Source of the DNA: Antedon mediterranea
Taxonomy: Eukaryota > Animalia > Echinodermata
Length of the DNA stretch: 64,000 nucleotides
Assembly (NCBI RefSeq): GCF_964355755.1
Contig: NC_092675.1
Span: forward strand, 2,351,812-2,415,811
Direction: 5' to 3'
Part shown: positions 12,301-24,200 of the stretch, piece by piece
How the letters are laid out: every line of letters starts with the position of its first letter
Numbering within the stretch: position 1 is the first letter of the stretch
Translations under genes and position numbers: made by a program
Notes under the pieces: model-generated
The model's database searches: none
Told to the model about the DNA's origin: nothing
Seen by the model: the letters and a program-made list of their open reading frames with translations, nothing else

Positions 12301-15300
12301 AAAGTTATCGCAATAGGACCATATAGTATTATTTTTACATTAAATATAGTTTGTGATCTTAAATTAGATCTAAAAAACGTAGGGAATGGGGCTTTAATTG
12401 CCTTATTATATGGAATTGGTATCTAATAATTACTTGGGTGTGACCTTAATGGATATACCAGCTCTTGGGAGGGGACAAGGAGTCACTGAACTGATAAGTC
12501 ACCTCACTGGACTACTCCTTAAATAATCATGTATATTCTGTAATTAACTTCTTGTAGATTAACACAATTTGGAAATAACTTGAACCGATAGCTACAACTT
12601 AATCACTCTCTGTGTACCTGTATAGTGTAAATAAAGTACCATTGAGAGAATTTAACAACAGTCTTTGTCATTTATATAACAACAATACATATTACCAATT
12701 ATTGTTGTTCAAGTTCAAGAAATTGTCTTATAATAACGGTAACCGAAAAACCGTGAAGCTTGACCCACATAGCTTGACCCACATAGCTTGATCCAAGTAG
12801 AATCTGTATCTATCCAAAGCGGAAACTGCCGTTCCACACCGCGTTTTGTGTAAATTGGCCATAAGAAGTCAAAGTTGTATGCAACACTTTTTGAAGGACT
12901 TAAGAACATTGTATTTCCACCAATATTATGTATTTTATATAATTATAATATTATCTTTAAAAGGTCAAAGGTGAAGCTTCTGGAAGATGAGAAACATCGG
13001 CTTGCTGATCAGCTTGACGAGGCCCACAGAAAACTTCAACAGAAAGATACTGAATTTATGGAATATAAAGGTCAAGTTACCTCAAAGCCAGAGGTTATGT
13101 TACAGTCTGAGATCAATTTACTTACTCTTGAAAAGGTAGATATGAAGGATTGAATACATACCTGACTATGTACCATTCACTTTACTGGAATTAGTTTAGC
13201 AGCGGATTCTTAGTACTGTATATCCATCCATACTGTAACCCCCCCCCCCCCCCCTGCACATGGGCAAACTGTGTACACTGGACCTATAGTTTATAGTCCT
13301 TATACCTTAAACTTGTTCCACCACCAGAACTAGGAAGGAGTTGGCCTCAAACCCATGCCAATATTGTTGGCTCTTACCGTAAACGGTGCCCCTGCCTTAA
13401 ATGACTTGCTCTAATAATGTATCATTGTTACGGTTAGGTTAGGCTTATGTCCTATGATACAAGTGTAACATGTGATACATATGTGACATTGTATTATAGA
13501 ACATGATCATTGATCAGTTTATAGATACAGTACTGAGAACTGCTTATGCTTAGTTGAGCCTGGCCGCGATTATTTTTTTCGTACATAAGTTGGGGACCCC
13601 TTAATGAAACGTCACAAAATAAACATGAATAATTCATCAGTTTAATTTTCTTGTTCCGTGTGCACCCACAAGCGTATAACAACAAGAAGTGATTACACGA
13701 CACAACTGCGATACGATTCTAGGCCATCTCCGCTGTGGTTGCGGTGTGCGATTTCATAAAAGAATAGCGGCGTTTTGTGTGGATTGTCGAAATAATCAGC
13801 CTTTAGTTTATGATAGAGTTTTTAATATAATTATTGTATTATTAAAGAATTACTTGTTAAAATTATAGTTTCTATTAATACTATTAGGCCTAATTATTAG
13901 TCTCTAAAGTCCATGTCTATTCTAGTAGTCTGTGTGGGTGTGACGTGTGTGTTACTGTTAGGTATGACACAGTCCGAGTAATAAGTCAGCAAAATTAAAC
14001 AATTACATTACACAAAAATACATTTTTTATTCTCGTGGTTCTAATCTTTCCATCTCATGTGTTCATATACGCGCATTTTTAAAGTTCCTTTGAGTACATG
14101 CATATTGTTTGATAATAAAATAGCAGAATTTAAAAAATTACAGTACACAAATTATAAACATTCTTCTTGTGGGTCTAAGCTTTCTATGGGCTATGTCTAA
14201 TTACTACTTAGTTGAATGTGTCTTGTCTAGCTGTCGATTAGCCTCGACACATTTTGCATAGGTTGGTGTGTGTGTGAAGAAGAGTGCGAGAAGGCAATCA
14301 CATGAATTGACCTAGAATCCTAGGCCTAGAAAGAATCGTATCGCAGTTGTAATCACTTTTAGCTATACGACGCTTGGGTAGACACGGAACAAAAAAATTA
14401 ACTGATGAATTATTCATGTTTATTTTGTGACGTTTCATGAGGGGTCCCCAACTTATGTACGAAAAAAAAAATCGCAGCCTGGCCACCATTATGTTATCTA
14501 TTTTAATCTTCTCAGCCTAGCCTTTAATATAGTTTGAAGCAACACATTATTTAAATAAAAGTATACAGATGGAGTTTAGAATATTTGATGAAATCAAAAA
14601 TACATTACAAGCAACAAAGTTATAAAACAAATAATGTTTTTATTTACAGGTGGAGTTTGAAAGAAAATTAGAATCTTTGACGAAATCAAAAATACATTAC
14701 AAGCAACAATGGGGTCGTGCTTTGAAAGAACTAGCCCGCCTTAAACAGAAAGAACAGGTTGAGGCTAAAGCTAGGCTGAAACGTCAACAACAAGAACTGG
14801 AACACATGAGGGTAAGATACCTAGCGGCTGAAGAGAAAGAAGTAGTGAAATCTGAACGAATTCAACTTGAGGAAATCAAAGAAGAACTTAAAAAGTAAGT
14901 TAATTTATTTTTTATAAAAAAAAAGTTGATGCTTTTGTGACACATAAATCTGCAATTACTTTATTTTAAAATAGAAATAATGCTTTATTTAATTTACAAA
15001 CCCTGTCAACAGCCAATTACTTTTAGAGAATTGAGTACTGTATTAGGCTACTGTACATATATTATTATGTTTCTGTGTATATTGTTTACAAATATACAAA
15101 TTTAAATTCTGCAAGATTTTAACATTTTTCCTTCGGGGTCTTGGACTATAACTGTTAATGAATTTAAATAAGTGGGGGGTTGTATATAAACATTTGCAGC
15201 TTCAGTTGGAGTGCAGTTATAGCTTGGTTGTGGTTAAGATGCTTGGCCACGGATCCCGTGTTCAAATGTTGTCATCTGCCATGACAAATCCACTCCAAAT

Positions 15301-15666
15301 GTAATAAAACTTTACTCTAAAATATGAGAATAATTTCAATTCAAATTTTGCTAACTACAATTTTCTTTTTGTTTGTGTGAACGTTTATAAATATATATTT
15401 ACATTTGTTTTAAATAACTTTACAGGTTAAAGCAGCATGATGCATCACATAATGCAACTCCCACTAAGCCAGTGGAGCTAGTCCACATGCCAAGTCAACA
15501 GGAACCCCAACAATTACAGCAAAATACCATGCTGGAAGAACACATCGCTAGGCTTACAGAAGAGAGAGATACTCTCTTGCGGACAGGAGTTTATACACAT
15601 CAAGACAGAATAATAAGCGAACTTGATAAACAGATTCGACAAGCTATAACTCAAACAGTGACATGA
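378..15666 (+). CDS. CEP120: Centrosomal protein of 120 kDa orthologue (C2 domains plus C-terminal coiled coil), 5'-partial, 16 coding exons in window
   Basis: Exons with GT-AG borders and compatible phases: 378-670, 1118-1250, 1380-1519, 2131-2331, 4474-4689, 4985-5153, 5975-6182, 6824-6973, 7241-7355, 9535-9708, 10378-10506, 11102-11191, 11423-11628, 12964-13135, 14650-14894, 15426-15666 (TGA). Peptides [79 protein letters not shown] and [27 protein letters not shown] match CEP120 as I recall it. Confidence 0.95.
1820..2090 (+). mobile_element. tRNA-derived SINE with CORE-like central domain and L2-type 3' tail
   Basis: A-box-like TGGCGCAGTGTG, B-box GGTTCAAATCC, central TCCTTAGGCAAGATACTTTACT..CTCTCCACCCAAGTGTATAAATAGGTACC, and tail GCGCTTAGAG..AGGCACTATA. 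The 3' part recurs inverted at 49920-50022. Confidence 0.7.
2380..3330 (-). mobile_element. 5'-truncated non-LTR retrotransposon (CR1/L2 group), reverse transcriptase C-terminal part, in a CEP120 intron
   Basis: ORF 3322-2537 has KYVDDLT (YxDD), [15 protein letters not shown] and [11 protein letters not shown]. It is followed by a short 3' UTR and a (TAAA)n tail at 2380-2403. Confidence 0.9.
3615..4427. repeat. Tandem repeat of ~76-bp unit (~10 copies) made of two ~38-bp subunits
   Basis: Unit AAAACACTAATTTATACTCACAGTCAACCATGCCTATATAAAACTAAATTAAACACACAGTTGACTGTGCCTATAG; equivalent positions at 4049 and 4125. Degenerate copies extend back to ~3400. Confidence 0.9.
6577..6796. mobile_element. 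MITE family 1 (PIF/Harbinger-like) copy
   Basis: TIR AGCTCTGTCTACACTATCAAACT ... AGTTTGATAGTATAAACAGAGCT, flanked by TAA on both sides. Confidence 0.8.
7727..9445. repeat. 17-bp minisatellite (GATGGGCTTCTTTTCAA)n, about 100 copies, in a CEP120 intron
   Basis: Directly visible, with variants ..TCAT, ..TTATCAA, ..CTGTTCAT. It explains the repetitive [17 protein letters not shown] ORFs. Confidence 0.98.
9797..9936. mobile_element. MITE family 1 copy
   Basis: AGCTCTGTCTACACTATCAAAC ... GTTTGATAGTGCAGACAGTGCT, with internal GATGATGTCATATCACTACCAT shared with other copies. Confidence 0.8.
10521..10667. mobile_element. MITE family 1 copy (left TIR eroded)
   Basis: ACACTATCAAACTTTATGTG ... TTTGATAGTGTAGACAGAGCT, same internal sequence as other copies. 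Confidence 0.75.
10855..10977. repeat. Near-perfect inverted repeat (~50-bp arms, ~23-nt loop), possibly a small palindromic transposon
   Basis: TATACAAATAATGAATGTTTATGAGTGTAATGGTACAA..TGGCATGA versus TCATGCCA..TTGTACCATTACACTCATAAACATTCATTATTTGTATA. Confidence 0.8.
11768..12393. mobile_element. Non-autonomous DNA transposon with TTAA target duplication (Kolobok-like)
   Basis: TTAA|AGACCCCTTCCCTGC ... CGTAGGGAATGGGGCT|TTAA; imperfect TIRs, no coding capacity. Confidence 0.6.
13557..14484. mobile_element. ~930-bp non-autonomous element with ~165-bp terminal inverted repeats
   Basis: 13557-13725 (CGTACATAAGTTGGGGACCCC..TGAAACGTCACAAAATAAACATGAATAATTCATCAG..CAACTGCGATACGATTCT) is the reverse complement of 14322-14484. 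Confidence 0.8.
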
Positions 15667-15818
15667 CACGGTCTGTAAGACATTTTTCTGAAGGACTAGT
15701 TGATGGCATAATCTTTAATCAGACCCCGTTGGTTACTGCCTGTGTATGTGTGCAACTTCCCACCTCGAACATAGTGATAATTGCATGTGTATGATGTCAA
15801 TGCAACTAAACTTAGTTA

Positions 15819-15997
15819 AGCGTGGTTCCCACTAGCGACGCAACGCAAGGACGTAACGCAACGCAAGTGAATTGACCAATCACAAGCGATGGCTTATTCG
15901 CTTGTGATTGTTAACTGTCTATAACTTCGCTTGTCATCGGTCAACACGCTTGCGTTGCGTTTACGTCCTTGCGTTACGTTCTAGTGGGAACCAAGCT
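15819..15997. mobile_element. MITE family 2 (Harbinger-like), just downstream of the CEP120 stop codon
   Basis: TIR AGCGTGGTTCCCACTAG ... CTAGTGGGAACCAAGCT, flanked by TTA; internal palindromic ACGCAACGCAAG / CTTGCGTTGCGT. Related copies at 19914 and 62931. Confidence 0.8.
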
Positions 15998-16310
15998 TTA
16001 CAGCTAAACATAGTTATGTACTGTATTACATTTTTTTTCTGCATTATATAATTTAGGCTGAATTAATTTTATAATATTACAGTGTTGTCCCAACTTAGAG
16101 TTACTTAATCTGAAGTATACTGTAAGGTATATCTAAATACAACAAATAGTTACAGCTAAACATAGTTATATAACTAGGCTTAGTTACACTTCAGCTGTCT
16201 ATTACATTTTTTTTTGCATTATATAATTTAGGCCTAATCAATTTTATAATAGTACAGTGTTGTCCTAACTTAGAGTTGCATAATATAATGTATATCTGAA
16301 TACAACAATT
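15998..16310. repeat. Tandem duplication (~155 bp x2) in the probable CEP120 3' UTR
   Basis: TACAGCTAAACATAGTTAT..TATTACATTTTTTT..GCATTATATAATTTAGGC..ACAGTGTTGTCC.AACTTAGAGTT occurs twice. Confidence 0.8.
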
Positions 16311-16889
16311 ATACAACTATATTGTACTTTATTAAAATTGGTCTAATGTTTTGAATGGCTAGGCCTAGCCTACCACTATAAAATATATAATGTTTATATT
16401 TTCTTACATCATTTTTAATGATAAATCTTGCTGGTAAAACCGGTTTTTTTGCCAAACAGTTAATAATAAACAAATCTATTACTATTATGATTTATTTATA
16501 ACTATTTTTTTCTTTTTGCCAGATATTTCTATTTATAGTGTGCTGTATGATATATATATATTGTGTGTTTTTTGTAAGTTTATATTGAATACATTGTACT
16601 ATAGTAAATTTATACTGTAAATACATTTTCTGTATTATTTATTTTATTTAGAAATTTAATATTAGGTGGATTTTTAAAGCACATATAAATTAATATCTAT
16701 TTTCTGTGTGTACTAATGATACACAATTGTATATTATTTGCCTAATAGCTATAGTGGCCGTATTTACTAATCATATATAAGTAAGATTTTTCACTCAAGT
16801 CAATAAATTAAGGATTTGGTGGTATTTACTTAGATGAAGGTGTTTCTCTTAAGCTAATTGTGAATGTGGCTACTAGTTAGCAAAATTAC

Positions 16890-17575
16890 CCACATTTTTT
16901 TAGGAAAAAATATTTTTAAAAAAATCACTCAAATCCAATTAATATGCCCTAATATTGCTATATTTGCACATATAGTACTATATCATTATCTTATAGTGTC
17001 ATGGGACTACTGTATGTTGAAAAATAAAAAGGTCGAAATTTGGTAAATTTTCGAAAAAATTCCTGTACTATAGTACAGGGATTTTTTTTAAAATCCTCAA
17101 AATTTCGACCTTTTTCAAATCCAATTATTATGCATTAATATTACTATTGTGCACGTATAGTACCATATCATTATCTTATGTTGTTATGGGACCACTTTAT
17201 GTCAAAATTTGTTGATTTTTCGAGAAAATCCCAGGAATTTTTTGCAAAACCACAAAATTCGACATTCTTAAAATCCACTTAATACGCACTAATATTGCAC
17301 GTATAGTGCCATATCATCATCTTATACTTTCATGGGACCACTTTATGTCGATAAATAAAAATATCAAAATTTGGTCATTTTTCAAGAAAATCCCTGTACA
17401 GCGATTTGTCGCAAAATCACCCAAATTTCGACCTTTTTATAATCTAAATGATTATGCACTGATATTGCTGTATGTGCACGTATAGTTCCATATCATCATC
17501 TTATAGTGTCATGGGACCACTTTATGTCGAGAGATAAAATGTTAAATTTTTTGTAATTTCTAGAGAAAATCCCTT
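16890..17575. repeat. Degenerate tandem repeat of ~150-185 bp, about 4 copies, between the convergent CEP120 and DUOX-A 3' ends
   Basis: ATATCATYATCTTATA..TCATGGGACCACTTTATGTC recurs near 16980, 17165, 17311 and 17490. Confidence 0.8.
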
Positions 17576-17842
17576 TAGGCGTACTATAGTAAAAAAACCA
17601 AAATTGTTTCAAACAATTTTGAAAAACTTTGCTGTTGTAGTTGTTTGTCATGAGTATTGACTGTGATAACTATAAGTAATAACTATTATTTTAGAATTAA
17701 TTAAGCTATACAATTGATAACATTTCTTGTTTTCAAAATAATTATATTTTATATACTGTGTAAAAAAACTAAACATTTCATCTATATTTAATTATAACTA
17801 CAGGTAATAAATGACTAACTATACTAAATTAACTAAATATTA

Positions 17843-17954
17843 AGACCTCTTTATTTACCGGTAACAATTATGCTCTTCAATTTACGTATGTTTATCAGTG
17901 GTACGTTTGCAACATCATTCATAAGTCACGTCTGTTTTTCACATAAAGAGGTCT
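17843..17954. mobile_element. Short putative MITE
   Basis: Perfect 12-bp TIR AGACCTCTTTAT / ATAAAGAGGTCT. Confidence 0.45.
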
Positions 17955-18228
17955 ATCGTTTTATATAATATATCATCAGAGTTTTAACACATCTTTGGCC
18001 TATGGATATGTTTCTTTTTGAACTATTACAATTCGTTTTGTCCGTTCAATTCAACAACCTTTATAATTTAAACTTGCACCTTTTAATGTAGTAGAAAACG
18101 AATCACATTGGTATCAACATAGAATAAATAATGCAATTGAATTAACTGGTAATTAAAAATGTAGTTATTGATGGCACTCGAGGACGACGAAAATGATACG
18201 AATTGATACATAAAATATCCTACAATAA

Positions 18229-21200
18229 TTAAAAGTTTTCGTAGTGGTGAGAATATAAAGGTCCGTCTTCCTTGTTTAAACGAATACAAGCGTCATTTAC
18301 AGCCTTTGTTAGACCTCCAGGCCCACAACTAAAAACGCCGAATTTTGCTACCTGAAAGACAGTTAAACAAACATAGTTAAATCTATACATTTTATTGGGA
18401 ATATTTCATAATATTAAAGAGTGAAAAAACCCTATTCAACTTTTTTTAAAAGATGTGTTACGTAGTTACTTACTTGTTTATGTTCGTTCCTAAGTGAATG
18501 TAAAAACTGCGTAAACTCTGGTCGTCCAAAATGTGTATTTGCTCTAAGACCCGTAAAAAGAGATCGTCCGGCCACTTGCTGAAATTGTTGCTCACAGATA
18601 TACTATATGAAGAAAATAAAAATACCATTTCGAAGGTCTCTATAATTATTATGTTCTTAACATACATAATCGTTATCCATCATAACGATGTACTATCCTT
18701 ATGATCATAGCATGTCGTGGCTACCCAACCCAACTTAATCACATAGCACTAAATGTAATGTTGTTGAGCATCTAGATTTGGCATGCTCATGAACACTCCC
18801 TAAGCTAATGAAAAACAGACTTTCTATGAATTTATCCTGATATTATTTTTTTTATTTCTCGTTATTACTTTTATAATTTTGACGTACCTATAGTCTAGTT
18901 ATAATAGTTGTAGTAAATAAAAATAAAATTTTAAACCCAGGATCCCCCTTTAAACCCAGGATCCTCCTTTAAACCCAGGATCCCCCTTTAAAGCTGCTGC
19001 ATGGAATTTGCATAACACAAAATAATTTTTTTTAAAACTGACCATTACAGTTGTCCTGAGATCAAAATCTGAATAAAACTGCGTTATAAATATATGTGTG
19101 TCCACCATGTGCGCATAGTCGCATTCTTCAACTTCACGTATTATGTCGGTTAGCCATTCAAATTGTTTTTGCGTTCGCGTTACCCAGATAAAATAAACCT
19201 TTTAAAGTAAGTAATAATAATACACATTAAAAACATTACGGTGATATCTGAGTCTAAGTTGAAAGAATAACTTTTGAATAAGCAGTGTCATAGAAATGAC
19301 ATATGGAAAAGGATGGTCTCAATACAATGAGTATAAAACAATGACAACAACCTAACTTTAAATTGAATGTCAACGAGTGCCTGCTAATAAGTGCTCAACA
19401 TGCACTGATCCACATGTACAATCAGGGCATCAGTGAACACGGGAAACCAGGCTTGCCAAAATTACGTAACTATTAAATTAATAGCGCATAGTTGAACGTA
19501 TTTATCACGTCATACGGATATTCAATCACACATACTACAATGATTGACACAATTTAAGTAGGAAAGAGATAAATCTAAATAGATTCCAGCCCTAAGCTGA
19601 GGGGTTATGTTCCGAGTATGTCCGAATAGGGCCGAACATGGCGGAATGTGGTCAAATGTTGCCAAGGCGTTCGAGTTTTTTCCTTACCTTCTGACAATCA
19701 ATATTTGATCGAATTGATGACTTATATACAATATCCTTAAGAATGGAAGCGAATGGCGTAACACCAATACCTCCTCCTACCAAAACAGACACATCAAATT
19801 GATACCAATCTTGATGCCCTTCACCATATGGTCCATCAAGATATATCTAAAAATATAATAATAATATAATACAATAGGGTTTTCTTATTCTCATTATGTA
19901 ACGTATACAATAAAGCTTGGTTCCCACTAGCGACGCAACGACGTAACGCAACGACGTAACGCAACGTAAATGATTTGTCCAATCACAAGCGATGGATTAT
20001 TCGAACAGTGGCTTGCCATTGGTCAACGCGCTTGCGTTGCGCGTATGTCCTTTCGTCGCGTCTCTAGTGGAAACCACGCTTAAGAGAAATGTCTTAAGCC
20101 TTGTATACACTATCAAACAAAAAAAGGTGATGTGCCCAAATGAACATGATGATGTCATATACATATCATAACTAAATTTGGAATATCACTACCATATTTG
20201 GGCACATCAAACTTTGTGTGTCAAACTAGTTTGATAGTGTAGACAGAGCTTTATAGATACAACATACCGATTATCAAATGGTAAAGATACGAAGGCCTAC
20301 CTTAGGGTAATAAAACTCGACAGCATTTCTTGCATCGAACACTCGTCGCAAATTCTTTGTCCACGGTCCAATTGCACGGACGTGAAGCGAAAGAGCATCC
20401 TCGTGCGGAGCAGACGTTAATGTAAATGGGTGGTATTCATTTCCACCAAGTGAATTGCATGCGATTCGAACCCACTGCCCAGATTTGTAATCAAAGTTTT
20501 TTGGTCTCTTAAACTTTAAAAATGTCACATCTGTGTCGGAATAGAATGTGTTAGAAAGTTCATCAATAGTTTATCAATACAAAATATAGAATTTTAAAAA
20601 AACAACAAAATGACAATAGAGTATCATTTTACGATGAATCAAATATCCAGTTGTGTTTGAAGATGTGTACGTTGTGATTTCATGTACATTAGGCCTTTAC
20701 TGCAATCTTATAAATGTCACGTTCAGACTCAAGACGTTAAGGTTTCTTACCTAAAACAAGGCGTACGGTAATCCATGGCGTTAACATTGGGAATGACAAT
20801 CATCAAATGTAAAAATAAATTAATAACTCACGTGATGGAAGTAATTTAGCTTCGTAAACTGGTATTTGGACCTTTCGACGACTCAAACTTATCAGTTTGT
20901 CGACAACGAACAACGATGCAGGAAAGAGGAAATAACGGTAAAATGTCGGTCGCTGAAGTAAGGCCCCAGTGCCGTGAAATATGATGAGAACGTACACTAC
21001 CACGTACAGGCTGTGAGTAACCCAGAATAACGAGAAGACTCTCCGTCGAGCATACTGCGTGGCAAAGATGTACATGATAGATAGAATTATACACAGTAAC
21101 ACGCCTGTTATCCCTGTAAGATTAAGAAAAAGTATGTAACTAGTTGTACGAACTCGCACTCAATGCTGTGACAGTGGATATGGCGACAACATTTGACGAA

Positions 21201-24200
21201 ATTACGATGGATGTATAAGAAGTAAAGTCGTAGTAAAACACAGTAAACACGGTACTATACCATGGGACATGTTAACAACATCGTTAAGAATGACAGAAAC
21301 AGATCATCAAGCCTACCCGTAACAGATTTAAAAATCCAAAAAGAAAACGTAAGCATCTGACCATCTTGTATGTAGACATCTCGGAATAAGCAAATTAAAT
21401 CTTCTGTACTCTGGCTACAAATATGATAGAAGTTGATCCCATGTCCTATTATATGTACAACTTAACAATAAAAACACAAAATTAGCATGTAAATACAAAC
21501 AATCATAAAGATTAAAAATCTGAAGAAAACCCCTTACTTAAATTATTGTAAAGGGTATTTTTCTAGATTTCAAGTTTCATCATCATTTTGTTTTTTGGAT
21601 ACCTTTGTTTAAAACTTGTTCACAGTTTGTTAACCAATAATGTTCAGGTCATATTTTAGTTTGCTTTGGCTTCATCAAGTTTAAAATCACATTGAACAAG
21701 AAAATGGACAAAAATGAATCGAAAATACCTCAATAACCTACCTGTAAATACCATGGCAATAACTGCAACTAGCTTGTGAAACTGAATATGCGAATCAAAG
21801 GGCACAAATTGATTGAGAAATGTTTCCCTGAGTTTTGTAATAATGTTTCTACAAACAGTTAGAATCAACGTCGAGAATGTGAACATGATAACAGCAGCTC
21901 CACCACGGCTCAACGGTAATCCAATGCCTGTTAGCTGTCGATATCCCGTATGTTCACGTTCAACCATAAACTCTATGAATTGAAAATAATTTGTTTAGCC
22001 TGATCAATATGTATGGGAATTGGTAAAACTTAAATTGAAAAATAAAACTATGACTAGTAAACAGTTTTAAATAAATAAACGTACTACTATGCCTACTATT
22101 TTAAATGTATCATTTAAAAGGAAGCATTAAACTGATTTATATTTTGAAAGTTGGAGCCGGAGCTAAATAACGAAAATGTCATGTTTACTATTACTTTTGG
22201 TCACTAGTTTGAAACTTTGACTATACAAGTACAATAATAGACAATAATACATATTATAAAATGTAAGTAGTAGTAACATAACTAATTAAAAAAAATTAGT
22301 TCTCTTTTTATATGTCTAATTTCGTTGTAGTATGGACATACTAAAACAAGGTGATATTCATTTTAAACTTTGTTACATTTGCAAACTTTACAGATTCGTT
22401 TTTCTCTTTTAATTCCTGTCTATCTTCCCTTTTCGTTTTCAAGATCTAAAATTCCTAATCTTAACTTAGTCATAATTTGTTTAAACTTGAAGTTTTGACT
22501 ATCAATATGAAAATCTTCTAATTTAAAAATTAATTACCGTATGCTTTGTTTGCAAAAATACCAAGAACGAGAAAAAGATAGACGGAGACAAAGAATATTT
22601 GCTGCATGTGGTTCTCGACCTTTCGCACCAAGTTCAACCACGCTATACCAAATCTGGTAGTCGGTATACGTATTGTTCTTGTTTTAAAATGGACGTCACT
22701 TGTTGGACTTTTAGACGCCGAATAAGAAGAAGCACGAAACCTAGAAATAATTTATGATATAATATTATGATAGATAAAATGATTTATATAAAGCAAATGT
22801 ATTAGAGAAGTTATTATCGTGTGTGGAAGTTACCAACATATCTCCAGATTGCTATTCTGGAATCTGTTTATACAACTGTGCTTATTGACGAGGATTATAT
22901 TACAGTAATAAAAATGAATTAAAAAATATGGATCAGAAGAATAAATAAATATAACAACAAGAATTAGAGGGCGTTTGAAGAGTGATACATTATCTAGTAA
23001 ATGCGGAACTGGTATTGGTACACGTCACGACAACGGTGTTAATTTCAATGACTTACCTTGGTTGAGGCAGTGGTGATGCAGTCGGCGTCGACGGAGTACT
23101 GCATGAATCTATACTACTTGCTACTGGCGATTTCCGTAGAAAAAGAGGCGAATTAGCAGGCAATGTAAATTGATTCAAATTTGGATGCAATTTATTTGCA
23201 GACAAGTTCGTCTTCTTTCGGCCTTTCTTTACACGCATTGATCCTCTTGCAAAACCTGTTGGTTTACATTATCGATTAAGAAAGTTTTTTTGTTTATAAT
23301 GAAAAACTCATCAAGAAAGATCATCATATTATTATCAGTATACCGAACGGCTAACGAGCCTTTCACATCTGTTCCTGCACGGTTCCGGTCCAGCAAATCA
23401 AATCGAATGCCAATGTTTCGTTTTCATGTTGGCGCATAGCCGCGTGGCATGAAGCGTAGTGAAAACGAAACATTGACGATTTGATTTGCCGACGCCAGAC
23501 CGGAACCGTGCCGGAACAAGTGAAAGACTTTTAAGAGAAGGTAAATGAATACTACCTTTTACCACAAGGCAAGCCGATCCAATGTCATCTAAATTACTCT
23601 GCATCAAGCTCATAAAGTCTTCAAAGGAAAGCGCATCTTTTTCTTTAAAACCTCCCTTTTCAAACATACTGTCTACAAGTTGACACAATTTGTCAGCGTC
23701 CAACGAGTTGTTTAACCCCTCCATAACTGACCTGAGAATGATATTCAATATACAATGATTTAGGTTATCAGCTAATTTGTACAAACTGTTTTGTTCAATG
23801 TTTTCTTTTTTTTTATTAGTATTAGAATATCAGGAGGATAAACCCACCTAAACATAAGTTTAAACTGTTCTCGTCCAAGTTGTCCAGATTTTGTCACGTC
23901 ATACATGTTAAACATAAGACATAATTTATCCTCCGCATTTCCTATAAAAAAAACAGTAAACGTGTTTTAATAAAATAAAAATCATAGACCTTTAATAGAT
24001 AGATTATGTGAATAATATAAGCAGGACGATATCGTAATTCTGCTGTGTCAACTTTGAACTTTGAACCATTTTTGGCGCATGCGTAATTGCACAATTCCCT
24101 ACCTTTATAACTTTTAATTACTTTTGGAAGGGTGACATTTGGAACCTCCGGTCTAGAAACTCAAAAGGTTAAAACCCTTCCATAATGATTATACACACCT

